Origin: Haplodiscus bocki | Lineage: Eukaryota | Reading direction: 5' to 3' | Assembly: GCA_965655095.1 (NCBI GenBank) | Contig: OZ296656.1 | Coordinates: 27,838,001 to 27,902,000, forward strand | Length of the DNA stretch: 64,000 nucleotides | Part shown: positions 49,444-62,359 of the stretch, one piece after another | Layout: the number at the start of each line of letters is the position of its first letter | Numbering within the stretch: the first letter of the stretch is position 1 | Notes under the pieces: model-generated | The model's input: only the letters and a program-made list of their open reading frames with translations | What the model was told of the DNA's origin: nothing | Databases searched by the model: none | Position numbers and translations under genes: made by a program

Positions 49444-49704
49444 TTCCCCTCTTTGTATCCGCTACTGGTTCTCGTTGTATCCATCATTGTCCTTCGGGTC
49501 GTAATCAGATTCGATTTCTTCAGTTGTCTTTAGTCTCGGCTTGGGTGCTTCTTTTCTGGTGGGTCCTGTAAATGAGTTAAATGTTATTTTAGTGTTAGAA
49601 ATATGGTACACTGCCTAAGCCGTCCGGTGGTTTGAAAATTTGATTTGATCTACGCAAGTTAGTATTACCGTCCCTATCCTGCGTCTCACCGTTATTGTTG
49701 ATTT
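49444..49704 (-). repeat. Near-identical duplicate of the retroelement's PPT-proximal internal region (43888-44148)
   Basis: About 260 bp with about 3 substitutions by eye. Confidence 0.9.
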
Positions 49705-49788
49705 CGTCTTCTTCCGATAGTTATTCCTTCCTTCCCTCCTTCTTCCTTGAGTATTTCTGTTCTAAATTGTATTTATTTAACGTTAGTT

Positions 49789-50274
49789 CTATTGATACAG
49801 TTTTGTGCCTGAATGTTGAATTAAAATTGAAAACGTTTTTCGAGTCGCGTGAATCGGTTTATATAACTTTGTGTCACGACAGTCTTTTGGGCCTAAGTTT
49901 TGTGTAGTCTGGCCGCGGAAGACGCCTGCTTCAGGATGAGGATCACTGTGGGAGTCGTCCTCATTCGTTCCCTGCTTTTCCACGTTTGTGTTCCGGAATG
50001 TTCCCGGAACGGTTTCGAAATGCGTATGTATCTGTTGGTTCGAGAGAAATTCGTCTAATTTAGTCAGAGCACCCAAAATGCGGGACTCTGTCCTGCTGAA
50101 CTCCTGGGACAGTTTTTTACTGACTCTGCCTTCAATCTCCTCAGAATTTTGTGTAATATGTTCCTCATTAATTCTAGGAACGGACGTGTTTCGTGACTGG
50201 CCGTTCCTAGGATGTTCCTCTTGTGTTTCTCTTGTAACGGCTGCCAACTTTCGTTTGTTTCTCAATGTTGCCAT
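49789..50274 (-). other. Intronless ORF, probably belonging to another mobile element and interrupted near 49880
   Basis: 161-aa ORF with a helical segment (EEIEGRVSKKLSQEFSRTESRILGALTKLDEFL) next to retroelement debris. No domain recognised. Confidence 0.35.
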
Positions 50275-53200
50275 CCTTTTGAAGGGAAAAATGATACGTA
50301 GTTATGAAGACTGAATTAGATTGTATTTGTTAATCAACTTGAGATTATAACAAAAAATGTGAATCTTTAAAATAAACAACTAGTCCCAATCAGTACAGTC
50401 AACTGATAATCAATGTGATATTAAGGATCTCCCCTTAGTACTTTCGTTTCTCCTATTTATACCTTTTCCTTGGCGGGAAAAATAATTGTTTACACGCCAA
50501 GTAAAGGTAAAAGTAGGGAAAAGTACTTTGATCATAATAATTACGAAGGAAATATGCCGACTCTGGCGGGAATTAAACAACTTTCCCTCCATTTCTTCCT
50601 TTACAGACCGCGTCTTTTCCATCTTTCGACGGAAAATTTACGGGTCTGATCAGTCGGAAATGGATATCAAAGTGAATATTCCCGCGCCGACACAATAAAT
50701 AATAACATAAACGAATGATCAAAGAGATTTTCCATAAGAGGAAAGTATTGAAAAATGCACCAAAATTAGGTAAAATACACTAAAATATTCATATAAAATC
50801 ATAATTACATGCTTGGTAATACTATTGCATCAATTTAATCCACTTTTGGAACGAAACTAGGTTTTTTCCTAGCCCGTTCCACGTTTTTACTAGCTCACGC
50901 CTCAATTTGGCGGGAGCGTTCCGTGGCGACTACGTAGCCGCCTGTAGCACTGCCTTCCGCAGTACTACTGAGGAGAGTGATTCTGGTGGCTACGTAGACG
51001 TCCCGTGTCCGTCCAAAGTGAAACAGTGCAAAAGCACAGCGGATTGGTTGAAAGTTTTGTGACGTCACCACATCGGTAGCGACGTAACGCGCACGTAACG
51101 AAATATTCATTCCTAGCTTAGAGTAGCTTCTAGGTAGGTACGTGTTCGTTACGTAAAAGTTGCGTCCCGATCTGGTTCAGTACACGGGAGTGCTACGTAT
51201 AAAATACGTAGAATTTGTGTGAAAATATACTGGGGAGTGATACGTGTTTGATACGTATCAACTACATGTAAAAGCAATGATATATTACTGCAATATTTTT
51301 ATATGAATAGAAAAGGAAAGTCTAAAGTTTCGATACAGTTTCTTCTAATTTTCAGGCAATCCGGGGATGTCCTTTTCTTTCTTTATGCCCGTAGGCTTCG
51401 CGGGTATGCTGCGACACTTTGGATTGAAGCTTTCTAAGCAAGATTGAGTTTTATTTTCATCAATACATAGGCTGTCTATTCTTTTAAAATTTTCCCTGAA
51501 GTGAACAAGATCATAAATATTTTCTGTGTATTTTTTGGTACTGATGTAAATGTAGTATGCTTTCCTATAAATTTCCAAAAGTGTCTGTGTTAAGCATCTT
51601 ACTGTACTTTTTGAATCCTTCAGTTTGCCTTTCGATCGATTTCTTGACTTCGTAATAGCAACACCTTGATTTTCAGATATTTCAGTCGATTTCTGAGTGG
51701 TTTAGTGGGTAAAGGGGTCTGCAGCTCAGACACTTTCATTGCCCAATGAAAGTCTTCTTTCCACAGTTTTGCCATGTCTCGGCTTTGTTTTAATTCCTCC
51801 GATTTTTATTAGTTTTCACGCATTTCCAAGCTCAGCTCGATCTTAAATGTAAAAAATTTTCAAGTGGATTGCATTTTTTAAAATTTTTCGATTGTCTATT
51901 TTAATGAATTATGTCCAGGTACAAGGTTTTTCCTTCTAGCAAAAATTCCTAATATCAACTGCAGCAGCAGGAAATGATTCACGTTTTGAGATTGCTCCAA
52001 CTGTTTTAGTATTTGCTGCGAGCTCCATTGCTTTTACCGGATTATTACGCATCTTATTTTCTTTCGCCACGAAGTTTCCCAATGTTCAAAGAAGTCTCAA
52101 ATTTTTTCAGCTTCTATTGTTTTATTGAAAACATTTCTTGATTTGTTTCTCGTAGACTTCATAAAAGTTTCTTGGAGTAAGTTAATTTGAATTCCATTAT
52201 CGTACTAAACACATCACAAGTAAAATAACTGCTGCCAAAGTGGTGTTTTCCACCAACATTCTGACCAATACTTTCGAACTTTAGAAGACTTATATTACTC
52301 AAGTATAAACTTTAAATAGAGGTGCAGCCGCATTGCGGCATCTTCCCTCAACGGGGTGTAGCAATGATTGATCGAACGTATAACAAGTGGTTTTTAACTG
52401 AGACCATGTCGCCAGAATTCGAGCTTTTTTTTGTTTCAATCATCAGTTTGTATTTTGTGGAATTTTTGTGAACTTGTAAAATCTTTATAATAAAACTTTC
52501 AATACACTTGTGCAAGCACTGTTATATCGCAGAAGAGCTTTGGATACTATGAGTTTGAAAATCGGCGAGATGACAAAGACAGTTTCACATTTTGGCATTT
52601 TCGAACTGTTATGATAAATCTGTTAGTTGTATAAAAATCACCGAACATTTATTCGAAGACACTTCTACCGATAAAAAGCCACCAGTTAAAAACTTGATGA
52701 AAGCAATCATTTCAAAAATTATGGAGAAATGACAAATTGAATATGGGGATTTGTCAAAATTAGTATAACTTTTCAAGGCTTTTAGGACTATCAGGATTTT
52801 AATGCAGGATTTAAGATTTATCATTTTCCCTTAAAAATTCGACCTGAAGTAGCCAGCTGTTGCTTGAGCCCTTGATGGAAGAATTCACTCTGGAGGTTTT
52901 GGAGGAACATAAGTTCAATAATGTAGAATATCGGTTGCATTTTTAGCGGGTCACTTAAAGAAAGGGAAGAGAAGACATACATATCAAGTGCCCAGTTCTA
53001 AGTTTGCGGCAAAATTTTTCGAAAAACCAAAGAGTACAAGAAATACTGCGATCGCATTTTCAAGGCAAACTCGTTTTTCACGGGTTAGGCATATATCTAA
53101 GCATTGAAAAAGTATTCAAAACAAAGATTTTTTTCCCAGAAAAAACCAAACAAAAACTTTTTAACTTCCTTCGAAACAAGATGTCTGCTACATTGGAGTG

Positions 53201-56200
53201 TTTTCTTCAATGCAATTCAAAATAGTCCTTTTTTCAGTCTTTGCTTATAGGATATTTGATTGAAGGTTCATGAAACTTTCAAATGGCCAAAAAACCGTGA
53301 GCCGGAGTTCTGTTTCGTTGAAAATACTTCAATAAAACTTTTGGCTGAAAAAGTAGACATTTAGTTGGAACCTCCATGTTCCAATAATGAAAAACCTAAG
53401 TTGTTTTCAGACGTAACGGTTCCATGATATTGAAACTCCACGTTTTGTTCAAATTATCATTTTTAGATCTATTAACAAGCTCTGCCGCCAAAAAACCTCG
53501 CAAAAAAAATTTTCGACCTAACGCGCAGTTGAATAAAAAAAGACTAGAGTTTACATGTTATAGTGAAAGAGAATCAGGACCGTTTCCAGGTTTTTCGTTC
53601 GAGAAATGAAACGAAGTTTCACGCGCTGAGTACCGTATCGAAAAACTGCATTTGTTACCGCAGTCCAATCTTAAAGGGCACTTGACTACGGTCTTCTATT
53701 CATTTTGTGCGATCAGTGGATGTTTTCGAGAATAGTTTACAGTATATAAAATTGCCCATTAGCAAGCAATATTGAGGAGAAATCGATTTTCCAAAAATTT
53801 CGTTTGAAAAACTTATCAGGAAGCAATGACACAAATACAAAAATCCAAATATCTGAGTAATAGATTTTTCTGATAATGATATACCAGTTTCATGTAAACG
53901 GAAGTCGTAGGAGCAAAGACAGAGGACTTCATTTTTCTGATGATAGCCAACGTTTTCTGAAGACCAAATTATGTTCACTTCTCCTAATGCTTTTGCATAG
54001 AAGCGCAAAAAATGTGTTTTCTCAGCAACCAAAATGTAATAGAACAAATTTTGTAACTTTAATGTGCCAAGGCACACTATTGGTTCTTCCACGATTTGCT
54101 TTTTGGATGTGAAATGGACTAAAGTTGACGATGAAGTTGAAGAAAGCTTTACTTTCGGGATTTGTTTGCGAAGCAACTTATCGAAAGTTTGGCTACTGCA
54201 ACAAAAACTTAATCTCTCATAGATTTGAGTAATATTGTTTCGATTGTTCAGAAATAAAGAGATGTGAAGTGATAGGTAACAAAAAAGTCACTACTTCCAA
54301 AAGATTTCAAGTCGGCTTAAAGGGAAATTAATTTTTCATGTTTCTGTCGCAAAGAACAAAATTAATAACTTGTCGAACCACAACGCCAGTTTTGCATAAA
54401 ACTAAGAGGAGTGTAATTTTGAAGCCTGTTCAAATTGATTTAATTTGGAGCCTTATGTCCGGCATAAAACTACTTTTAATTTGACAATTTTAGTCCAAAA
54501 GTACAAAATCAGCTCGGTTTTCCTCCTTTTTTCGCAAAACAGACAATTGAGAAATTGTTCAACCGCAACCAATCACAATTATTCGACATAAGAACGTCTT
54601 TTCGTTAGACTGGTAGCAAACTCAGGCAGCTTGGAGTTCTCCTTGACGAAACAAATGACACAGATTGTGACAAAGATCGTTGAAGCTGACAAATTGAGTT
54701 CGACGTTCAAATCCTCCTCGCTACTAAGGCAATAAAAAAATGATCTGACTACTACCGAAATTCCATATGTGATAGAGTAGAGTTTCTCCAATAGATTTTT
54801 GCAGAAATCAAACAATTTCAAGCCCCAAATGTGGAAAAAATTACCTGACGTTTGACAACTTTTATTAAATTGGGTAAAGTTTGCTCAATTTGAATTTCAA
54901 GTTTTCATCACAAAAGGAGCTATTGAAAAAATGTCGAGCCGCAACCAAAATTTAGTAAGTGACGGATTCGAGTTGTTGTGACGTTTCTGCAGTTTTCACT
55001 GGAAATTTTCAATTATGTGGAGAAATATTGAGCTTTACACGAAAAATTTTGTCTTTTGAGCGAAGAAAAGGAAAAAACAAGTTCTTTTGAAAAATCTATT
55101 GTGGGTGCTGGGAGGAATTTCACTTCAATTTCTCGACGTTGGGCCATAATTTGTATTTTTTCAAAAAAAGTCTTTTCGGAGTAAAAAATCTTGATTAAAA
55201 CCATCGGTCTAGTAGTGCAGCGGGTAGTGTTGAAGAAATGTGAAATTGATTTTTGGGATTTGTCATTTTTATGAACCAATTGTGGCAGTTTCCGAGAACC
55301 AGGACTCTGACAGGATAAAAAAAATTGACTTGTCTGATTTTAAGTGCTCCACAAGGAAAAAGCTGCTGATTGAGACCTTGATTGAAAAAGTCAAAACAAT
55401 AGGTTTTGAGAAAAATCACTGGTCATAGTAATATATGTCAAACTTTAAAGCCATTTTTGCCGCTTTTTTACTGTCCGGATATCGATGGAAGGAAAAAAAA
55501 TGAACAATATATTTTTTTAATTCCACCTGAATCATTGAGAAATCGGATGACCCTTCGATGCAAAAAGTCAAGCTGGTAGTTTTGGACAGTTATGAGCTTG
55601 AAATCCGAGATCTTCAGGTATTTATAGAATTCTCGACATTATGGGTCTGTCATAATTCGGACGCAGAAGCAAAAGCTGATGATATTTTGAAAGGTCTTGC
55701 TCAAGTAAAAGGGCATCAACTGATATCCTGGTGAATGAAATGGACCATAAAGTCATGTTTGAAAGTGAGTTTTAACATTCAGCAAAATCAAAACTCAAGA
55801 ATATTCGTGTTCAGGACCTTTTTTGGGAAAATTTTCTCGAAAACTTTTTTTAAATCTTTTTATTCCTTCAGAAATTAAGCAGTTTTTTGGCATGATTGTC
55901 GAATTGCATTTTATGTGTCAAAGAGAAGAGTTTTGGGATAAAGAAAAATTTGAAAACTAATAATTTTTCTCGGACTCTGGCGAGGATTTTTGGACTTTGG
56001 GAGAAAACTTTTCGGCGATGTTATGAACATTGCAATAGTTTTGTCCAGAGGAACGTTTTGGTAGAAAAAACTGAAGAAAATTTTTGAAAAAAATTTGACC
56101 CGTGGAATTTTTTCTCGGACTTTGAGCGAAAACTTTTCGGAATTTGAGTGATAAAAATTCGGCAGGGTTTTTACAAAAGTGCGTTCTACGTGTCCAAAGG

Positions 56201-59200
56201 AGTGTTTTGGTGTTTTGAGTAGCAAAAAACATGTGAACATGTTCCCTCCGACATGGAAGAGAAGATTCTGGATAAAAAAGTACAAACTGAGAGGTTGATT
56301 TTCCTTCGTGTTATATTACTACGGAAAATAATGAAAACGGAGATTGGTTCCAGCACAACCGTATCCTGACCAAGTTAATGGTGGAAGCCAGAGTTTTTCC
56401 ATTCTGTGAGATCAAACGCTACCTTATCAATCCTACTTCAGATAGATTTCCTAAAAAAAATTGTTGCAGCTTTTTCCATAATCTTAGAACCAGTTGTAGT
56501 ACTAATACTGCAAGAATAAAAAGTACTATCATTAACTCCATTGACAATTGTTTTATGAAAAGAAGGACATCTTATATGCCTTCAAATAATAATTGTTACT
56601 TTAACACGGATTCCACTCTTTTGAGTTTTTGCATGAGATTCAGACTTTTTGCAATTTTCATTATGATAAATTGCAATTAAAAAAAGGAAAAAACAGACTG
56701 CCTTGATATTATAACTACCATTTTAAATTTTGTCACCAGTTTACCAACTTAATTTACCATCCTTTAAATCATCTCTGGCAAAAGTTGCTTTGAAGGTATT
56801 ATTTTTATCTTTTAATTCATTCATAGGCACCAGGTTTTAAAGTAACTAATAATTCATCATTTTTTTGATGTTTGTTCAAAACTTGATGTTGAAATTTTTG
56901 GTTTTCAAAATTAGAATCATTATTTTCATCACTTGTTTTTGCTTTAGAATTTTGGTCTGTTGAACATTCAATAATCACACGAACTCCAGAATCTAGGCTT
57001 TTGTATACTGTTTCAATTCTTGATTCGTTGTAACTTTTGGCTCTAAGTTTTGACCGTTTTGGACTGTTAGTTCCATTTGATTACAGTACGATGTTTTGCG
57101 CTGTTCTCTTTTTGTAGTTAACATAACTTTGGATGAATTATTCCTTTCAGTTAACTATACACAAAGTTACTTACTTCTAGTCAGGTTACTCCTATTGTTC
57201 ATCATGATGCGAAAAACTGCTTCTTATATAATTATTTCATAATCTTTAAAATGAAGGGCAGATGTTTCATCCAGAAACTCTTCGTTTTTGTCAATGAGCG
57301 TTTTTCTTGGGGTAATAGTTTTTTAGGAGTAATTGATTACAGAGTAGTTGATTCCACGAAGTCCCATTGAGGATTAGTTGATTTAGTTTTGACTCAACTC
57401 ATAATATAGGTTGATGCATAAATTTAAAATTCGCGTTTCATTTTGGATGATTCATTAGTCTAACTTATTTAAGAAAACTTAGATCAGCGCTTTTGAAGCC
57501 CAGCCCGCCTGGTGCGTGAGGTGTGAAATGTACATGCAATAACTTTCACCTAAAGTATCATCTGCTGGAATCTATTCTGAGAAAGTACAGATTTCAAAAT
57601 TAGTTGTTCTATAGATAAAAATCAAAATTATTGAGCACATTCATTTGAAAAAAAAATTACCCAATAAAATTAACTTCCCAATGTGTTTGTCTACCTAGCT
57701 GAAAATGTTGAAAATCTGACTTCTCATGTGAATACTATCAGAGATTTCCAAATCTCCGAGAGCTTGACATAATTTTATGTCAAATGTTGATTTTTTTTTC
57801 ATTTCACATCTGTTTGCATAAATATAACGTAAGCATAAATATTAAGTTGAAAAACTTCTCCATTAATTCTAAATTTTGTTTTCTTTTTCGCCGGAAAATT
57901 TCATTTTCTGACGTATTTGTATCAAAGTTGTTATATTTAAGATCTTCTACTCCTCCACAGTATCAATAGAAACTTTTGCCCTAACAATTGCAAAATACAC
58001 AATTCGACGCGCAGTTCCGCAAAGAAATTCCACTTGCGTGGTAGTGTAAAAAATGAAAGCACTTGTTATCAACTGACTCGTAATTTTAATCTATACAGTT
58101 ATTAACAGTCTGGCCAGTAAGATGGAGAGGTTGGAATTTCTAATGAGATAAAGTAAGAAATATATTTATATCGAAATTGAAGTTTCCTTAAGTTAAAACG
58201 ATTACATAGGTAAAATATCAAAGCAAAAAAGCATGAAGAATATTACGACAAAACATCTTGATAAATGTTATCACCAGAAAAGTAGATCATAAGTTTATCT
58301 AACGTTTTTAATTGTCTTGATCTCTTGCTCAGTCTGAGTTGTCAACTGTAGAACCATCAGATCGGCTAAAACTCAGACCACCTATAGCTATTTTCTAGAT
58401 CCACAAGATTGCTCAAGTTCTTTTGGTCCGTTCTTGGCTAGGACTACCTCCGAAAAAAGTTTTAATTCCCTCAACTGAGAGTTACCGCAAATTTCCAAAA
58501 TTAAAGTCTGATAAAAGTAAAAGTTTAAGGAAAAGTCTTAGTTAAGCTTAAATACTTGATTTTGTTTCACGAAGAAAGTTATAGACTTGGTTACTATAAC
58601 ATTTAGTTTACATTGATTAAAAAGTTAAAGTTATCTTATTAAAAAAATCGCTGAAGAGAAAAGTTAAAAGTGAAATGAAAAGTGGATACACATTAATAAA
58701 CTCACGGTTACTGCTCAAAAGTACTGCACAGGCATCTGGCATTTTTTTTCAAGAAATGACTGGTTTAAAATTACGTGTGATTTGACTTTTGTTCTCAGTT
58801 GGTTAGAGGAGAGTGATATCACAGCAAAAATTGCTGGATGTATATACTGAATTTTGTCCATTCGTAGGTCAATTAGAATAGGAGTAGCACAGGATTAGCC
58901 GCGAACATGGCGTCAGGTCACATGACTGATCACTTGACCGCGGAGTTGTCAGTATCCGAAATGTTATTATACACATGACGTTAAATGACGTCATTTGACC
59001 TTATTGTCTAGGGAGGTGTCGTTATTATCCAAAGGAGACAAGTGAAGAGAATAATGGCGAACGCATTTGTCGAGTGATTGTAAAGAAGCGTTGAACACAT
59101 TCGGGCCTTCGCAAAGGCAAGCAAAATGACTTCGTTGCCTCCGCACACATTAGGTTGAATTTAATTTTTGTGTTTGTCCTTAGGAGAACTATGATTTTGT

Positions 59201-59348
59201 TTTTAGTTGAAATTGTGGCAGTGAAGTTTTTCGGTTTGAAATTTTGGAACTCACCTTTTTTCACGTTACTTTTCATCACGAATCTACCTAACACTCACCA
59301 AATGTTTTTTTCCCTGCTGCTTGAAGAAGCCAAGAGGAGGCTAGGAAA

Positions 59349-59380
59349 GAGAGAGAGAGAGCGAGAGAGAGAGAGAGAGA
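59349..59380. repeat. (GA)n microsatellite
   Basis: gagagaga.. run with one GC interruption. Confidence 0.9.
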
Positions 59381-62104
59381 GCAATCCCGAAGGAAGTAGG
59401 GAGGCAGGGACGGAAGAAGGGAAGCAGAGAGGTAATCTTCGTGATCTCAACAGTTTTTCTGAGGAAATCGAAATGCAGCCAGACAAGAGCACTCAAAAAC
59501 AGCAAGAAAGGCCAGCAGAAACACAGATGGCTGGATTTTTTTCAGCCCTTTCGATCATTGAACTGAACGAACTCATCGATTTTCAGGCGCGATAAAGAAC
59601 TTTGACAATGAAGCGACGAAACCAAATTACAAAGATCCGAATAATCCAAGTTCAGTGAAAACAGGAGAGCTTTAATGGACCGGATGTTCGTGTACGAACT
59701 TTTCTGTTCCTATCTCCTAAACCATACGTAGCGGTCACACCAGTATGATGAAAACATAAAATTCATGTAGCGACAATCATGCAATTAGCCTATGTAATGT
59801 GTTGTGGAGCATTACACCATCTTTTATAACTTAGAATATAAACAAATTATGCAATTTTCCAGTTCTAAAATGATATGAAAATCATTATGTCAAATGTGTT
59901 CCTCCCAAACGCTATGAACGCGAATTATGTTTTATGATCAGAAATTTGTGCTACAAGGATGTTTGTAAAGTATTGAAATTGAATTTGATTAAAGGCTTAC
60001 TTACGACGATGTACGACATCGTCAAGTGAAACCAGTATCAACCTCTTACGACTAGTGCAGGGAGCGAAGGTTAGTTAGATTTATATCGTAGTGTAATCTC
60101 TGTGATGCCAGCATCACGCGTGGAAAGACAACAGCCAACAACATTTCAGCACGGTATGAAGTTCGTCTCCTGCGATGCACTGAAATGTCATCCGTAAATG
60201 TCCGTGAAACAATTGTGCTTTAACGCGGTACACTATTCATGATCTCAGCTATTTGAGTATGTTATATTATCGTCAGCCAATTTTGTCATAGTTGTCTCAA
60301 ATAACGATGCTACCAAGGGGTTTAAATTTCGTGATTGGAATCAGGCAATCACAGTGCAGTAAGATCAGCATAAACTGTCTGTGCAGAAATGAGGTGAAAT
60401 TATCGTTATAACCTGCTGTACGTAATTAAGTTTGAAGGCCAGCAACCAACCACAAGTCAAGAAAGCGATCACGTGACTAACTTGATTGATCGCGTGAATA
60501 ATTAGTGCGAGTATATGGGCACGCAAAAAAACAACACGCACCTCCATAGTGACAAGCAGTAAGCGAAATTGTGTCAATCACAATATCTTCACATGATCAT
60601 CCGCGTTAATTTTATAATTTTATTTCTCATTTTCTTCTTTGTAAATAAACCATATAACTACTGTCATTTTGAACAACGAATGTCTAACTAGTTTTAAGAA
60701 AAAAATACCAATTCTTACCTTTTTTTCTAACTTGTGAAAGATTCCATAGTTACTGAGACAGACGACATGGAAATTAGCACTGAAACCGAAAGTCTCATAG
60801 CAATTACCTTAAGTAGAATGTCAGATCACGAAAGTGAAAACTCCGCAAGCGTATCCGTCACGTCGGAAGCAGTTGCTTGACAAATTATGGCTGTAACTAA
60901 TTCTCACGCAACAGTTAACCCACTTTTCCGAGTTAATGCGTGAATTGAAGAACGAGCATGCCAACAGACGTCACGAAGAGACCGCATCATTCAGAGCTGC
61001 TAACTGAACGTCAGGTAGCGGCAACCGGTCTGACAGTGACTTCCATCCTGTGTCACATGACCCAAAAAAAATCAGGAGGTGCTCACTTAAAGAAACGTCA
61101 ACAATTATCTTGGAACCAGTGGTGTTTCCAATCAAAAAGAATGCGAAACTTCAAAAGCTATTAGATCCGATGGCTTAACATTGGCACCACTGGTTTATTC
61201 AAAAAATATGAATTCAAGGCAGCAGATACGTAACAATTATCTGCAATCCTTCTCTCTTAGCCTGCAACTTTCTCTCTATTTGGAAACAGTCAATCATAAT
61301 TCTCCTGCTGTAACCTGGTAAATCAGAGAACGATAGTAAATCAAACAGACTCATCGCAATTTCAAGCGCAGCGTTAAAAAAATCCTGGACAAGCGCTTAC
61401 TTTGGGAGCTAAAATTTCATCTAAAAAGTAAACAACACAATCATAGCTTCTGTTCTAGGCGGTCCACAGTGACCGCGTTTAACGACTTAACAACAGGGAT
61501 CACTGACTACTTCAAAATGTGGCAAATCTTCAAATGTTGATTCTGAAGCAAGTTATAAAAACGGAATTAATGTTCCCAGCTATCAGATCAAAATCTCGAA
61601 GCACCAAAGCATACGCTTGAAAATGACGGTATAATTTTTGCGCTGTTGAAACAACTAGCACTAATTAATGCCTTTCAATGCATATTTTTTTTGTCAAAAT
61701 TGACTGTGGGACTTTTGTTTTTAAGAAAACGTAGAACCCCCCATTTTCATCACTAAGCTTCTCATTGCCTTTTTTCCATCTTTCTGTTGTAATATATACT
61801 ACTGCGAAAAAGGCTTTCCCGGGTCGAACCTGCTTTCTAAAACGTCGCTTGCTTTCAAGGAATGCCAATAAGAACTTCGCTAACGCTCCTATCCTGTCAA
61901 GAAACTCCGGTATAGGCCGATACTTTTTCCTGGGATGACGGACTTTTCGGCAGACCATACACGACTTTGTGAAAACGTTTCCCACGGGTTCCATTTTTTA
62001 ATCGAACAGTCAAGCACTTAAAACATAAAAAAAACGTACCAATATTTGTGAAATTTGTCAGAGTATAAAATAAACAAACTGTATTATTTGTTTTTTTTTC
62101 TCAG

Positions 62105-62359
62105 TGCTGATCCTCTTCACCATAGCGTGGTGTGTAGCCTTGGGATTCCTTCTGAAAGGCCACATTGAAGATGATTTATACGAAAGATTGAAAAACTATG
62201 AAGCAGAATACGCCACCAATGTAGACTCGGTCATTCTCAATATAATCCAAATAGTTTTCGAGACCTGCGGAGTTGGCGGCCCTGGAGATTTCTCCAGTCC
62301 TAGCAAGGCCCCTAGATGGATCCAAACTTGGCAGTCTGCAGACAGACAGCAACTTGGAA
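62105..62359 (+). CDS. Tetraspanin-like gene, exon 2 (end of TM3 and large extracellular loop); later exons not identified in the window
   Basis: Long polypyrimidine tract plus ctcag acceptor, phase 1 (A|TG joins exon 1). Encodes ..ILNIIQIVFETCGVGGPGDF (CCG position). Donor a|gtaagt. Confidence 0.78.

Noticed and set aside
59155-59595. 146-aa ORF with an ER-repeat
   Set aside because: The ER run is the translated (GA)n microsatellite. The ORF has a non-ATG start and no domain.
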